NCBI GenBank assembly: GCA_051439605.1
Contig: JBFRWN010000077.1
Location: forward strand, 1-64,000
DNA length: 64,000 nt
Direction of reading: 5' to 3'
From: Synechococcus sp.
Lineage (GTDB): Bacteria > Cyanobacteriota > Cyanobacteriia > Thermostichales > PCC-7336
Each line of letters opens with the position of its first letter. The stretch's first letter is position 1. The position numbers and the translations under genes are program-made. Positions 41,384-53,013 of the stretch are shown one piece after another. The notes under the pieces were generated by a model. It ran no database searches, was not told where the DNA came from, and was given only the letters and a program-made list of their open reading frames with translations.

Positions 41384-41673
41384 ATAGGCAGAATTTTTAG
41401 CACCGATGCGGCTGTATACAAGATAAGCAAGGTACAGCCCCCAACTGTGGAAAGCATCTTCATTTAGGTTACTAGACAAAGCTACAGCCGCGCAGTCGGT
41501 TATTCACCCCCGGCCACAATCTCAAACTTTTTTTAAATGACTTGCCCAAAGCAAATCCCTGCTTCGAGCTGCGGTGGATTCTCTTGGAAGAACTGCTTGA
41601 CCCCCACAAGCGGGGCAAGTTCTCGCTAGTATTCTTGGGGTACTTCTATTAATGTCAGTTCACCAGCACCTTT

Positions 41674-43083
41674 ATGACCTCAGAGGAGATCTCGTTTGGC
41701 ACGGACGGATGGCGCGGCCCCATTGCCAAAACATTTACGCTGGCCAATGTCCGCAAGGCAACCCGGGCTATTGCCCTCTATCTGGAGGGGGCTTACTCGC
41801 GATCGCGCCCGGTGGTAGTGGGATACGACACGAGATTTTTGGCCGATCGTTTTGCCTACCATGCAGCCCAAGTTCTAATTTCCCAAGGATGGCGGGTTCT
41901 TTTGACCAAGAGCCCTTGCCCCACCCCTGCCATTGCCTATGCCGCCGCTTTGAGGCAGTCTGCTGGAGCACTGATGTTTACCGCCAGTCACAACCCTGCA
42001 ACCGATTGCGGCCTGAAATACATCCCGGACTATGCAGGGCCAGCAACCCAAGACATTACAGACGCCATTACCCGCCACTTGCCAGAGGTTTCCTCTCAAC
42101 CACTAAAGGCACTGCTAATAGCACCGGAAACCTTCGATCCCCGTCCTACTTATCTGAATGCGGTTTACTCGCTGGTGGATGTGGAGAGCATTCGGGCAGC
42201 CCGCTTGAAAGTAATCTACGATGCTCTATACGGCTCCTCCCAAGGCTATTTAGATGAGGCGCTCCGCTATTGTGGCTGTCGCTTGAATACGTTGCATAAC
42301 CGCCGAGATGTCTTATTTGGCGGAGAGATGCCTGACCCCAAGCCTCATCAGCTCAAAGCACTGTCTCAGAAGACGATCGCCCAGGGCGCTGATGTGGGGA
42401 TGGCGAATGACGGCGACGGAGATCGGTTTGGGATTGTGGACGAACTCGGTCAGTTCGTCCCGGCTAACACCATCATGCTGATTTTGGCTCGTCACCTGCT
42501 CAAACATCGTCAGCAAACCGGCGCCATCGTCCGCACAGTGGGCAGCACCCATCTGCTCGATCGCCTCGCTAACCGCTACTGTCTCGAGCTTTACGAAACC
42601 CCGGTTGGCTTTAAATATATTGGCGAAAAGATGCGCCAGACCCAAGTCTTGATTGGGGGGGAAGAGTCCGGTGGACTCAGCATCCTCGGTCACATCCCTG
42701 AAAAAGACGGCATTCTAGCCAATTTGTTAGTGGCAGAGGCAATGGCCGTGGCCCAACAACCCCTCAGCCGGATGGCAACGGAGATCCTGGAGGAACTGGG
42801 AGGACCGACGTTCAACCACCGCATCGATCTGCAGTTGACGGAGCAGCGCAAAGGACTCGTTATGCGGACACTACAGAACCGTCCCCCCGAACGGGTAGCA
42901 GGCCTATCTGTCGAAAGAGTAGGACTGCTGGATGGAGTCAAGCTCTATTTAGAGGACGATAGTTGGCTGTTGGTGCGGCCCTCTGGAACAGAGCCGCTAC
43001 TGCGTATTTCAATGGAAGCCAAATCCCTCGAAAGTCAAAAGGCTTTGGCGATTGCAATGAGCAAATGGGTGGATGAGATATAA
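41674..43083 (+). CDS. Phosphoglucomutase/phosphomannomutase family protein
   Basis: FGTDGWR, TASHNP, DGDGDR, GEESGG, RPSGTEP. Confidence 0.95.
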   Translation: MTSEEISFGTDGWRGPIAKTFTLANVRKATRAIALYLEGAYSRSRPVVVGYDTRFLADRFAYHAAQVLISQGWRVLLTKSPCPTPAIAYAAALRQSAGALMFTASHNPATDCGLKYIPDYAGPATQDITDAITRHLPEVSSQPLKALLIAPETFDPRPTYLNAVYSLVDVESIRAARLKVIYDALYGSSQGYLDEALRYCGCRLNTLHNRRDVLFGGEMPDPKPHQLKALSQKTIAQGADVGMANDGDGDRFGIVDELGQFVPANTIMLILARHLLKHRQQTGAIVRTVGSTHLLDRLANRYCLELYETPVGFKYIGEKMRQTQVLIGGEESGGLSILGHIPEKDGILANLLVAEAMAVAQQPLSRMATEILEELGGPTFNHRIDLQLTEQRKGLVMRTLQNRPPERVAGLSVERVGLLDGVKLYLEDDSWLLVRPSGTEPLLRISMEAKSLESQKALAIAMSKWVDEI

Positions 43084-43115
43084 CCACCCCTTTGATATCC
43101 AAACTATAGGCCCAG

Positions 43116-43211
43116 TTATCGCTGCCGCCATTTCAGTTAAAACAGACAGAGCTATGCCTAGACAGGGTTTTAGATACCTGAAGTAGCCTCAGCGACTTGA
43201 TGGTCGCTATA
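43116..43211 (+). repeat. ~95-bp dispersed repeat, copy 4
   Basis: CATTTCAGTTAAAACAGAC...CTGAAGTAGCCTCAGCGACTTGATGGTCGCTATA. Confidence 0.7.
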
Positions 43212-43318
43212 CCCGTCACCCTAATCACCTCACAGAATGGTTAAAACTTAGTAGGCTGCCAGCAAAGGTGGATCCATCAATCCCGTTAATTCCACAAAGT
43301 GAGAAAATATCGAGCTCT

Positions 43319-44029
43319 ATGAAACCGCCCTGCCGTCTATCATTAGTCGTGCCCACCCTCAATGAAGGTGCCACGATCCAAGCGTTGCTTCGGCAGCTGG
43401 TTTCCGTCTTGGATGAGTTCATTCCAGGATCGTACGAGCTGTGGGTGGTGGATGATAACAGCACAGACAATACGCAGGAACAAGTGAGGACAGTTCAGTC
43501 CCTCTATCCGCAAATCCAACTGTTGCAGCGGCTCACAGAAAAGGGATTGGCCTCGGCGGCAATCGCTGGTTGGCACCAGGCCCAGGGGGAAATATTGGGG
43601 GTCATAGATGCGGATTTACAGCATCCCCCCAAAATCTTGCCATCGCTGCTGCAGGAGATTGATGCGGGTGCCGATCTGGCGATTGCAAGTCGGTATACCG
43701 CACGAGGACAGGTGGAGCGCTGGAGTAGATGGAGACAGGTAGCATCTAGATTCGCCGCATGGCTAGGGCTGATGATACTGCCGCGTGCGTTGGCTGGCGT
43801 GCGAGACCCCATGAGTGGTTTTTTCGTGGTGCGACGCTCGGCGATCGCCGACTGTAACCTAAAGCCGATGGGCTACAAAGTACTGCTGGAGATTTTGGTG
43901 AAGGGGCACATTCACCGCATCAAAGAGGTCGGTTACAGATTCGACATTCGGCAGGGGGGGCGCAGCAAAGTGAGTTGGCAACATGCCATTGTGTATGTAG
44001 TGCATCTACTCAGGTTGCGATTTAGCTAA
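43319..44029 (+). CDS. Polyprenol-phosphate mannosyltransferase-like GT2
   Basis: VVPTLNE, VDDNS.D, DADLQHPP, DPMSGFF, GYK.LLE. Confidence 0.9.
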   Translation: MKPPCRLSLVVPTLNEGATIQALLRQLVSVLDEFIPGSYELWVVDDNSTDNTQEQVRTVQSLYPQIQLLQRLTEKGLASAAIAGWHQAQGEILGVIDADLQHPPKILPSLLQEIDAGADLAIASRYTARGQVERWSRWRQVASRFAAWLGLMILPRALAGVRDPMSGFFVVRRSAIADCNLKPMGYKVLLEILVKGHIHRIKEVGYRFDIRQGGRSKVSWQHAIVYVVHLLRLRFS

Positions 44030-44158
44030 TAACCGCAGCGAGCCTACCGTATTAGACGGTAGAGACGGAGCAGCCCCAAATAAATGGAACAATCATCTGG
44101 ATATTCGAGGCCAATTTTCATGGGTTAGTGAGAGCAACACCACCTATCCGTTTGCCAC

Positions 44159-44650
44159 TTAAAAGGACAGACCCAGCTTAAGACCCAGCAGCGCGTGGGT
44201 AAACATAACGGCCAAAGCAGCACTACCCAAATAGGCATGGGTTTTGCGCAAGCCAGCTCGATCGCTGAAGAACTTAGAGAGCAGAGAGTTGGTGGCCAAT
44301 AACGCAATCACCACTGACCCCGTCCAAAAATGGGTGCTCTGCAGGATAGGCTGCTTTTGCATCACAAGAGACAGAATCCCACCGGTGTAGCCAAGGCTGA
44401 TGAAGCCAAACATCAGCTTAGCAATCAAACTGTGATCTTTGAGATTCTTTTGCTTCTGTTCATCATCTTGACTCAAGCGACCCGACCAGCCAGCGTAGGC
44501 GGCAGAACTCCCCATCGCAAAGATCACAATGCCCATCATCAGAGGGTGACCCCAGTGGGTGATGGGAGCGGGCAGATCGAGGGAGCGGAAATAGGAGGCA
44601 ATAGGTTCCAGTTTCTGGGCGAGGGCAAGACCCGTAGTCGTCATATCCAT
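44159..44650 (-). CDS. DUF4079 family membrane protein
   Basis: HWGHPLMM, S.HFWTG, HAYLG, HA.LG conserved histidines. Confidence 0.82.
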   Translation of the reverse strand: MDMTTTGLALAQKLEPIASYFRSLDLPAPITHWGHPLMMGIVIFAMGSSAAYAGWSGRLSQDDEQKQKNLKDHSLIAKLMFGFISLGYTGGILSLVMQKQPILQSTHFWTGSVVIALLATNSLLSKFFSDRAGLRKTHAYLGSAALAVMFTHALLGLKLGLSF

Positions 44651-44910
44651 AACAAGTTCGAATGTTGGGAGCGTAGATATAAATATTTATTACAGTAACC
44701 TGAAGTCTTCATCACACTTGTATTTCTCGCTGCCAAGCACGACTTCAGTTCCTGATAGGCGACAGAGCCGCGCTCTCTGGGCTCAGCGCCAAATGGGATG
44801 TGCTACTTTTATTTGTTGAATTTCAAGAGGTCGAAGCGGTCAGTTGGTTACAGCCTATGGACTCAACCCAGCTGGTTTGTCCTTAATTCATGAGGTACGC
44901 AGGAGAGCGC

Positions 44911-45888
44911 ATGACCCCCCCTACAATCTCGGTCGATCGCCTCACAAAGGTTTACGGCGATTTCAGCGCCATTCAAGATGTCAGCTTCGATGTGCAACCG
45001 GGGGAAATCCTCGGGTTTCTCGGCCCCAACGGTGCCGGTAAAACCACCTCCATGCGCATCCTCACTGGCTATCTACCCGCCACCTCCGGCACCGCTTATA
45101 TCGCTGGCTATGATGTCACCGAAAACTCGATGGAGGTGCGCAAGCGTATTGGCTATTTGCCAGAAACGCCCCCCTTGTATCTAGATATGACGGTGGAAAC
45201 CTACTTGGGGTTTGTGGCGGAAATTAAGCGGGTGCCGGCAGGCGACCGGATGGCGCGGGTCAATGGGGCTATCCAGCGCTGTAACTTGGCGGAGAAGCGC
45301 CACAGCTTGATTCGCAAACTCTCAAAGGGATTCAAACAGCGGGTGGGGATTGCCCAAGCCTTGGTGCACGATCCCCCTGTGATCGTGTTGGACGAGCCGA
45401 CAGTGGGTCTCGACCCCAAGCAAATTATTGACGTCCGCAACCTGATTAAAGGATTAGCAGGGGAACGCACCATTGTCCTGTCAACCCACATCCTGCCAGA
45501 GGTCAGCATGACCTGCGATCGCGTGGTCATTATTAATCAGGGTCAGGTAGCGGCCACCGGTACCCCCGCAGAACTCACCCAACAGTTACGGGGCCAGCAA
45601 CAGCTACAACTGAAGCTGGCGGGCGATCGCGACTCGATTACCCGCGCCATTGAAGAACTACCCAATCTCAAGCTGGAGAGCTTGGAGGCAGTACCCGCCA
45701 GCGACTCCCGTTGGAATCTACTACTGAGTTATCCTGCAGGCGGCGATATCTGGATACCCCAAGTGGCCTCGCGCTTGGTGTCAGGGGGAATTGACATCTT
45801 CGAGATGCGCCAAGCACAGGCGTCTCTGGAGGACATCTTCCTACAGCTCACGACCCAAGAAACCGCTGCCAGCAAGGCTGATGAGTGA
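44911..45888 (+). CDS. ABC transporter ATP-binding protein (GldA-like)
   Basis: GPNGAGKTT, LSKGFKQR, LDEPT.GLDP. Confidence 0.93.
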   Translation: MTPPTISVDRLTKVYGDFSAIQDVSFDVQPGEILGFLGPNGAGKTTSMRILTGYLPATSGTAYIAGYDVTENSMEVRKRIGYLPETPPLYLDMTVETYLGFVAEIKRVPAGDRMARVNGAIQRCNLAEKRHSLIRKLSKGFKQRVGIAQALVHDPPVIVLDEPTVGLDPKQIIDVRNLIKGLAGERTIVLSTHILPEVSMTCDRVVIINQGQVAATGTPAELTQQLRGQQQLQLKLAGDRDSITRAIEELPNLKLESLEAVPASDSRWNLLLSYPAGGDIWIPQVASRLVSGGIDIFEMRQAQASLEDIFLQLTTQETAASKADE

Positions 45889-45965
45889 GGCACCACTTGA
45901 ATGTCTTTTGAACAATGGTCCAGTTTTAGACAGAATTTACTACTGAAGCAGAGGAGAGTGAGTCG

Positions 45966-46754
45966 ATGGGAAGCGTAATCGCCATTCTGCGAAAAGAATT
46001 ACGGGGGTACTTTGCCTCTCCTACTGCCTACATCGTTACCGCAGCTTTTTGGCTGCTGTCAGGCTTTTTTCTGATGGGATCGCTCGTCGATTCAGTTGTC
46101 ACATCGTTAGAGGTGGATCGGTACGTACAACAGTTGGGCCAACCGCAGGATTTTGATGCCGGGACTATATTTGTGCAGCAATATCTAGGGGTGCTTGGGA
46201 TTCTGTTTTTGTTTGTGCTGCCGATGTTGACAATGGGGTTGTACACCGAAGAGCGCCGCTACGGCACGATGGAGCTTTTGGCTACGTCTCCTTTGACAAA
46301 CTGGTCGGTAGCAGTGGGGAAATGGCTTGCTTCCATGATTTGGTTCATCTCCATGCTAGTGCCCATGATGGTATGCGAGGTTTTGGCGCTGAGTAGCACC
46401 GACCCGGGCATGAACTATCTAGCTTGGGCAGTAGCCCACATCGGTCTCATTTTGGTGGCAGGGGCCATTCTGTCGCTGGGGTTATTTGTTTCGTCACTGA
46501 CGGAAAATACACTGGTGGCGGCGATTGGTACCTTTGGGTTGGTCTTATTTTTATGGGTGCTAAATGTTGGAACGGGTCCGGAGGCTGGGGCCATCGGCCG
46601 TGCAATAGGACATCTATCGTTGCTGCGCCACTATCAGGAATGGCTGCGGGGAATCGTCAGCACTAGCAGCTTAGCGTTATTTGCGAGCTTAACAGTGCTG
46701 GGTTTGTTCCTAACGGTGCAATCGGTGGAAGTCCTGCGATGGCGTCAGCATTAG
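45966..46754 (+). CDS. ABC-2 type permease (GldF-like)
   Basis: KELRGYFASP.AY, EERRYGTMELLATSP, six TM segments. Confidence 0.9.
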   Translation: MGSVIAILRKELRGYFASPTAYIVTAAFWLLSGFFLMGSLVDSVVTSLEVDRYVQQLGQPQDFDAGTIFVQQYLGVLGILFLFVLPMLTMGLYTEERRYGTMELLATSPLTNWSVAVGKWLASMIWFISMLVPMMVCEVLALSSTDPGMNYLAWAVAHIGLILVAGAILSLGLFVSSLTENTLVAAIGTFGLVLFLWVLNVGTGPEAGAIGRAIGHLSLLRHYQEWLRGIVSTSSLALFASLTVLGLFLTVQSVEVLRWRQH

Positions 46755-46782
46755 GTCAATTTCGAGACCTCGGCGATCGAGC

Positions 46783-47016
46783 TTACTGTCCAGACTCGGG
46801 TACCCATCCAGACCCTGTTTCAAACAAATTTTGGGCTGCCTCCCAAATCGATTGGGGGGTTAAGTCCAGCAGTACCGACAGCAGAATCAAAATCACCAAT
46901 ACTCCCAATGCCGCAAAGATAGTGGTTTTGACCACTTTTACGAGCCAAACGATCGCGATGATCCCAATGACGACCGCCGCCAGCGCCGCTATAGTTTCAA
47001 CCCCTATCACACCCAC
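46783..47016 (-). CDS. Small two-TM hypothetical protein
   Basis: WLVKVVKTTI..A pattern between two hydrophobic helices. Confidence 0.65.
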   Translation of the reverse strand: MGVIGVETIAALAAVVIGIIAIVWLVKVVKTTIFAALGVLVILILLSVLLDLTPQSIWEAAQNLFETGSGWVPESGQ

Positions 47017-47448
47017 CAGCCTGCTAAATCACTGAATTAATCGCAGCCTACCAAAGATGACATTTTCTAGGGTAGAGAGAGATAAGCAGGGTTCACGGAA
47101 AAATACAGGAGACCGTTTCATCAGCTCGAGCCCGCCAAATGTTGTTGCAAGTAAAAAGCGCTCCCTCCGAGATTGGAGGAAGCGCTCGTCCTGCTTGCGT
47201 ATCGGTAAATTGTCAATGGACCACAAGCAAAAATTACTTATCTTGCCAGGGTAAGTTACCTTGTTCGCCAAAGATTTTGGTCTTGCCTGCCTGAACATCC
47301 TTGTAGATGTTGTATGCTGCCCAGCCAGCAACCATGATAATCGGGGCCAAAACAACCAGTACACGCCAATCCATAGTTAACCCTACTTTTATAAAAACAT
47401 TGCTGTTAGATGGATTGTAATCGATCTCGGCTTGAGAATGAAGGCTGG

Positions 47449-49911
47449 CTAGACACTCTCTGCAGAGACAAGATTGATGTCTGTGACGGACTCTCCAGCA
47501 GCGGTGGATAACAGACGAGCCCCCGTACTGGACCGATCTTGGAGGGGAATATTGTCTACCGATATACGCAACACCCGAGCCTTATCCGTCACCCAATTCA
47601 GAGTGCCGCCTTCAACCGCAGTCATCGCCCCCACCAGCCGATCGGATTTGAGCTTGAACTGCATGCCCTGCATTCCAACTTTGCCCCGTTCCATCAACCG
47701 TATCGAGCGAGCCATCATCCGCTTCGCATATCCTTTCGCTGAAACAAACACGATCGAATCCTGAGGTTGCATCAAGGCCATGCCCACCAACCACTCTTTG
47801 CGGCGCAGGCGAATGGCCTGATTGCCCATTGCAGTCCGTCCCATCAGAGGTACTTGCTCGGTATCCAGCGGCAAGCGCAACACCCGTCCTGCCGACGTGG
47901 CGATCGCCACACTTTGCTCTGGGCTGGCCGTACACAATACTGCCCAGCCAATCGCATCGTCCTCCTTCACCTTCGCCACTGTTAATCCACGGGCCGTAAT
48001 GGTGGCAAATTCTGACAGCATCACCCGTTTGAGGCGCCCCTTTTGAGTCAGTAACAGCAAGTGAGCGTTTTCGGGATATTCACTGAGGGCAAAGGTTGCG
48101 ACGATATCCTCCTGAGTCGGCAACAAAGATACTAGAGTAGAACCGCGCGATCGCCCGTTAGTGGCGGGAATCTCGTGCACCTTCATGGAGTACATTCGAC
48201 CCGAAGCGGTAAGAGCCAGAAAATCTTGGTGCAGGCGGGTGGCTTGCGCCTGAATCACCACATCCTCCACATCCTCCTGCAGCCCCTCTCGAGCCTTGGC
48301 ATGGCGCTCGAAAGCGGCAGGCAGCAGGCGACGAACGTAGCCTTTCTGGGTGATTTGCAAAACCACATCGCTATCGGGTATTAAATCCACTTCTTCAATG
48401 GGCTGCGTTTCTTCCGCCACCAGTCGAGTCAACCTTTCGTCGGCAAACCGCTTTTTCAGGCCGCGCAATTCTTTTTTGAGGTGCTTGAGGAATTTAGCGC
48501 GATCGCCCAGCAGTTCCTCCAATTCTGCAATCTTGGCAATAACCTCCTGCTGTTCGGCAGCAATGCGATCGCGCTCCAGTCCCGTTAATCTCCGCAGCGG
48601 CATTGCCAAAATGGTGTCTGCCTGATAGGCCGTACAGTCCAATAGCTCCTGCAACTGCATTTTTGCGGTAGCCCCATCAGGAGCATTTCGCAACAGGTCG
48701 ATTACATCGTCTAGATGGGCTAACGCCAGCAGCTGAGCCCCCAGTTCCTCAGATTTTTTGCGATAGCGCCCTAAATCTTGCTCGAAGACTTTGGTGCGGG
48801 TTTCGATGCGGAAATCGAGGAACACCTGCAATGCCTCTTTCAGAGAAAGCTGCTTGGGCTCGTTTTCCACCAGTGCCAGCAAAATCGCTCCGTAGTTAAT
48901 CTGTAACTGGGTGGAGCGATACAAATGCTTGAGCACAATATCCGGGCTGGCATCTTTGCGCAATTCAACCACGACGCGGATGCCGGTGCGATCGCTTTCA
49001 TCCCGCAGATCGGCAATCCCCTCAAGGCGCCCTTGATTGGTCAAGTCCGCAACTTTTTCAATCCATGATGCTTTATTCACCTGATAGGGAAATTCTGTCA
49101 CCACGATGGCAACACGACGATGCCGACCCTTGCCGTGCTTGATTTCCTCCACGTGAGTAATACCCCGCAGGGGGATCGAGCCGCGGCCGCTGGTGTAGAC
49201 CTCCCGCAGCCCCTTCGTACCAACAATCTCCCCTCCCGTAGGAAAGTCAGGAGCGGGCACGTACTTCATCAACTCCGCAGAAGTCAATTCTGGGCGATCG
49301 ATGAGCGCCAACAGACCATCCACCAGTTCTCCCAGGTTATGAGGGGGGATTTTTGTCGCCATCCCCACCGCAATCCCATCAGAACCGTTAAGTAACAGCA
49401 TGGGGAGCTGCGTGGGCAATACCGTGGGCTCCTGTTGCGATCCATCAAAGTTGGGGGCAAACGGAACAATATTTTCATTCACCTCGGCCAGCATGCCGTC
49501 GCTACTGACCTCCGACATGCGGGTTTCGGTGTATCGCATTGCCGCTGGAGGGTCGGCATCCACCGATCCAAAGTTGCCGTGCCCCTGCAACAGCGGATAG
49601 CGGCTGGAAAAGATTTGCACCATCCTCACCAGAGCGTCATACACCGCCTGATCTCCGTGGGGATGGTACTTACCCAGCACGTCCCCAACAACACGGGCGC
49701 ATTTTCTAAACGGACGATCGGGGGTTAATCCGAGTTCGTGCATGGCATACAAAATCCGCCGATGCACCGGTTTGAGTCCGTCGCGGGCATCGGGCAGTGC
49801 CCGCCCCACGATCACGCTCATGGCATATTCCAGGTAGGAACGCTCCATTTCCTCCAGCAGAGAAATCGGTTGAATATTTCCGGCTGCAGGGTCAAAAGTC
49901 GCTTCTGTCAT
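47449..49911 (-). CDS. Type IIA topoisomerase subunit A, second cyanobacterial paralog (GyrA/ParC-like, no GyrA-box)
   Basis: [30 protein letters not shown]-terminal pinwheel repeats. Confidence 0.93.
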   Translation of the reverse strand: MTEATFDPAAGNIQPISLLEEMERSYLEYAMSVIVGRALPDARDGLKPVHRRILYAMHELGLTPDRPFRKCARVVGDVLGKYHPHGDQAVYDALVRMVQIFSSRYPLLQGHGNFGSVDADPPAAMRYTETRMSEVSSDGMLAEVNENIVPFAPNFDGSQQEPTVLPTQLPMLLLNGSDGIAVGMATKIPPHNLGELVDGLLALIDRPELTSAELMKYVPAPDFPTGGEIVGTKGLREVYTSGRGSIPLRGITHVEEIKHGKGRHRRVAIVVTEFPYQVNKASWIEKVADLTNQGRLEGIADLRDESDRTGIRVVVELRKDASPDIVLKHLYRSTQLQINYGAILLALVENEPKQLSLKEALQVFLDFRIETRTKVFEQDLGRYRKKSEELGAQLLALAHLDDVIDLLRNAPDGATAKMQLQELLDCTAYQADTILAMPLRRLTGLERDRIAAEQQEVIAKIAELEELLGDRAKFLKHLKKELRGLKKRFADERLTRLVAEETQPIEEVDLIPDSDVVLQITQKGYVRRLLPAAFERHAKAREGLQEDVEDVVIQAQATRLHQDFLALTASGRMYSMKVHEIPATNGRSRGSTLVSLLPTQEDIVATFALSEYPENAHLLLLTQKGRLKRVMLSEFATITARGLTVAKVKEDDAIGWAVLCTASPEQSVAIATSAGRVLRLPLDTEQVPLMGRTAMGNQAIRLRRKEWLVGMALMQPQDSIVFVSAKGYAKRMMARSIRLMERGKVGMQGMQFKLKSDRLVGAMTAVEGGTLNWVTDKARVLRISVDNIPLQDRSSTGARLLSTAAGESVTDINLVSAESV

Positions 49912-50056
49912 GGGTTCCGGGCAGTTATCGGCGGTTCGTTGTTCACCAACTTACCCCAAACTTTTCCGGTGATACGAGTTTATGGAGCACGAGTTCTGCA
50001 GATTATCTAGAAATGGAGATCGCCCATCTCCCCAAAATGAAGTCGGTGGAAGGGTT

Positions 50057-51286
50057 CTAGAAGGGGGAAACAGACCGGATGGGGCCGTTGTAGGCAACGG
50101 TCGTTTCAAAGGTCGATTTATCAACCACCACCTCCGATTCAATCGACGGGTTCACAGCGTCAGGAGGCCCTCCCAGAAAGGTGAAGACCCAGCGATCCCC
50201 CTCGTCTTTGTAAGGGGCATCGAGGGCGGGGCCATGCATACTCACCTCAGCCCGATAGTTTGCGAGACCGCCGTTGAGGCGTTCCGCCGCCTGGCGAGCA
50301 TAGTTTTTAGCTGTGGTGATTCCAGGTTCAGTCAGAGGAGCGAAGGGGGTTGTTGCGTCCACAACGGGAACCGCATTGGCTTCGGGAGCAATTGGGGCAG
50401 GGTTAGGCTCTGGAGATTGGCTGAGTTGAGCCTCAGAAGGGCGATCGGTGCCAACATTACTGGTAGATAGTGCAGCCGTGCGAATGGGTCCGTTGTAGAT
50501 CACGCTAGTTAGCAAAGTCGTTTTATCGACCGCTACCTCCGACTCAATCGAGGGGTTCACAGCACCTGGAGCCCCCCCCAGAAAGGTGAAGACCCAGCGA
50601 TCCCCTTTGTCTTGGTAGGGCGCTTCGAGAGCGGGGCCATGCATGGCCGCTTCAGCCCGATAGTTTGCGAGACCGCCGTTGAGCTTTTCCGCAGTCTGGC
50701 GGGCATAGTTTTTGGCTGTAGTGACATCTCCAGGTGCAGCCAAAGGGGCATCGAGGGTCGTTGGAGCCACTACGGGCACCGAATTGGGTTCGGGAGCAGT
50801 TGGGGCAAGGTTAGTTCGTGGCGATTGACTGAGTTGAGCATCAGGAGAGCGATCGCCACCATCATCAATGGTAGAAAGTGCAGCAGTGCGAATGGGGCCG
50901 TTGTATAGGACGGTGGTCTCTAACGTCACCTTGTGGACGCTAACTTCGGTTTCCACCGTGAACCGCTGGCTGTCAGGTGCCCCCCCTTGAAACGTGAAAA
51001 TCCACCGATCGCCTCCATCCCGGTAAGGGGCCTCTAGAGCCGGGCCATGCATGGCAGCTTCTGCACGATAATTCGATATCCCTCCATTGGCCCGCTCGCC
51101 TGCCTGCCGAGCTAAGTTCTTAGAAGCGGTAATCGTTCCTGGGGTCAGCGGAGGGACTGGGGCGATGAGAGGAGCAGACCCTGGATTGGGAGAAAAGCTA
51201 GGCTCAGATATGGGCTTGGCTAAGACAGGAATTGCAAAGGGCAAAACTGCTGGCGTGAAAAGCAGCAGGGAAACAATCAGTCGCAT
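50057..51286 (-). CDS. Secreted protein with three tandem copies of an uncharacterised domain
   Basis: Signal peptide; KN.ARQ..E..NGG..NYRAE..MHGP ... YNGPIR three times; GGAGA RBS. Confidence 0.85.
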   Translation of the reverse strand: MRLIVSLLLFTPAVLPFAIPVLAKPISEPSFSPNPGSAPLIAPVPPLTPGTITASKNLARQAGERANGGISNYRAEAAMHGPALEAPYRDGGDRWIFTFQGGAPDSQRFTVETEVSVHKVTLETTVLYNGPIRTAALSTIDDGGDRSPDAQLSQSPRTNLAPTAPEPNSVPVVAPTTLDAPLAAPGDVTTAKNYARQTAEKLNGGLANYRAEAAMHGPALEAPYQDKGDRWVFTFLGGAPGAVNPSIESEVAVDKTTLLTSVIYNGPIRTAALSTSNVGTDRPSEAQLSQSPEPNPAPIAPEANAVPVVDATTPFAPLTEPGITTAKNYARQAAERLNGGLANYRAEVSMHGPALDAPYKDEGDRWVFTFLGGPPDAVNPSIESEVVVDKSTFETTVAYNGPIRSVSPF

Positions 51287-51637
51287 CGCAAAATCTCCGT
51301 TCTGTTGAATCGACATCCGATTCGTCAAACAGCGGTTGTCTCATGTACGAGTCGGTGGACTCGCCAAGAGCCTCCTCCAACCTTGGTATTTGGGTCCCGC
51401 TTGTATTCAATTCGCTGAAAACACAGTTTCCGAGCGTAACCTATTGAGATTAATTCTGCGATCTTGTACAGACCCAAAAAACGGGAATCCACACAGAAAA
51501 ACCTGCGGATGTGAGTAAGTTGCGCAACCAATCTGTGCAACTGCAGTTCTGCTAAAAGCATTACGGACGTAGCGATCGCCCCAGGAATATGTCACCCTAG
51601 CCTGTATGCAAATTTTGGAGCGGCATCGCAACGTTCA

Positions 51638-52894
51638 ATGGATACCATTCGCGCCATTAAAGGAACTCACGACCTGTTACCCGACACAATCGGGATATGG
51701 CAGCATATCGAATCGGTGTCCCAGCGCATCATGACAGCAGCGGGCTACAAAGAAGTTCGCACTCCCATTTTTGAACAAACTGACTTGTTTGTGCGCGGGA
51801 TCGGTACCGCCACTGACATCGTCAGCAAAGAGATGTACAGCTTCACTACCCGAGGAGAAGACAACATCACGCTGCGGCCAGAAAATACTGCCGGAGTAGT
51901 CCGAGCCTTTATTCAACACAAACTGCACGCCATTGGCGACGTACAGAAATTGTGGTACCTCGGCCCTATGTTCCGATACGAGCGTCCGCAAGCGGGCCGC
52001 CAGAGGCAGTTTCACCAATTGGGCCTTGAGTCTATCGGCAGCGCCGATCCTCGGGCGGATGCCGAATCCATTGCGATCTGCGTCGATATCCTCAAGGAAT
52101 TGGGTCTCCACCACTTAGTCGTCTCTATTAACTCCGTAGGTCGGGGAGAGGATCGCGCCAACTACCGCGAAAAACTGATCGAGTACTTGACGCCCTTCAA
52201 AGCGGAGCTTGACGTCGACTCTCAAGCTCGCCTCACCCGCAACCCTCTGAGGGTGTTAGACAGTAAAAGCAAGCGCACGCGAGAGATTGTGGCGGATGCT
52301 CCCAAGCTGCTGGATCACTTGAGCGCTAGTTCAAAGGAACATTTCGATCGCGTCTTATCTCAGCTAGAGCGGCTCGGCATTGACTACGCGATCGATCACA
52401 AACTCGTTCGCGGTTTGGATTACTACACACACACTGCTTTTGAAATTCAATCTAACGATTTGGGGGCACAAAACGCCGTCTGCGGCGGAGGTCGCTACGA
52501 TGGGTTAGTGGCTGAGCTAGGTGGTCCTGAAACCCCAGCAGTCGGGTGGGCCATGGGACTGGAACGGATTGCCATCCTCTTGCAGCAACAGGGATTCCAA
52601 GCCGAGCCCCTCATGGACGCCTACACTATTTCCCGCGGCCAATTGGCAGAGGACGCAGCCTTAGCTATCGCTCAAGAGTTGCGGCGAGCTGGAATTGCCA
52701 CTGGATTAGATTTAAGCGGAGGGAAATTTGCCAAGCAGTTCAAGCGGGCAGACCGGAGTGGAGCCAAATGGGCTTTGGTGCTGGGGGAGGATGAGGTGTC
52801 TAGGGATGTGGTGCAGGTCAAACACCTAAAAACGGGAGACCAAAAGGAAGTCAACCGGAGCGAGCTGGTGGAGTTCTTGAGGGGCGATCGCTAA
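51638..52894 (+). CDS. hisS: Histidine--tRNA ligase
   Basis: LRPENTAG, FRYERPQAGRQRQF, LVRGLDYY, GGGRYDGL. Confidence 0.98.
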   Translation: MDTIRAIKGTHDLLPDTIGIWQHIESVSQRIMTAAGYKEVRTPIFEQTDLFVRGIGTATDIVSKEMYSFTTRGEDNITLRPENTAGVVRAFIQHKLHAIGDVQKLWYLGPMFRYERPQAGRQRQFHQLGLESIGSADPRADAESIAICVDILKELGLHHLVVSINSVGRGEDRANYREKLIEYLTPFKAELDVDSQARLTRNPLRVLDSKSKRTREIVADAPKLLDHLSASSKEHFDRVLSQLERLGIDYAIDHKLVRGLDYYTHTAFEIQSNDLGAQNAVCGGGRYDGLVAELGGPETPAVGWAMGLERIAILLQQQGFQAEPLMDAYTISRGQLAEDAALAIAQELRRAGIATGLDLSGGKFAKQFKRADRSGAKWALVLGEDEVSRDVVQVKHLKTGDQKEVNRSELVEFLRGDR

Positions 52895-53013
52895 GCGCAG
52901 CAGCACCCCCCAGATTATGGGTTCACCAAGGGAAACTCATCCCTGCCCCGCCGCTATCCCATTTGATTTGCTAGCTCATTTAATTCTGTTAATTAACGGT
53001 GTAGAGGTAAATC

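Noticed and set aside
44911..46754. GldA/GldF-like pair without a GldG-like partner
   Set aside because: Operon fragmentation is ordinary here; the partner may be elsewhere.
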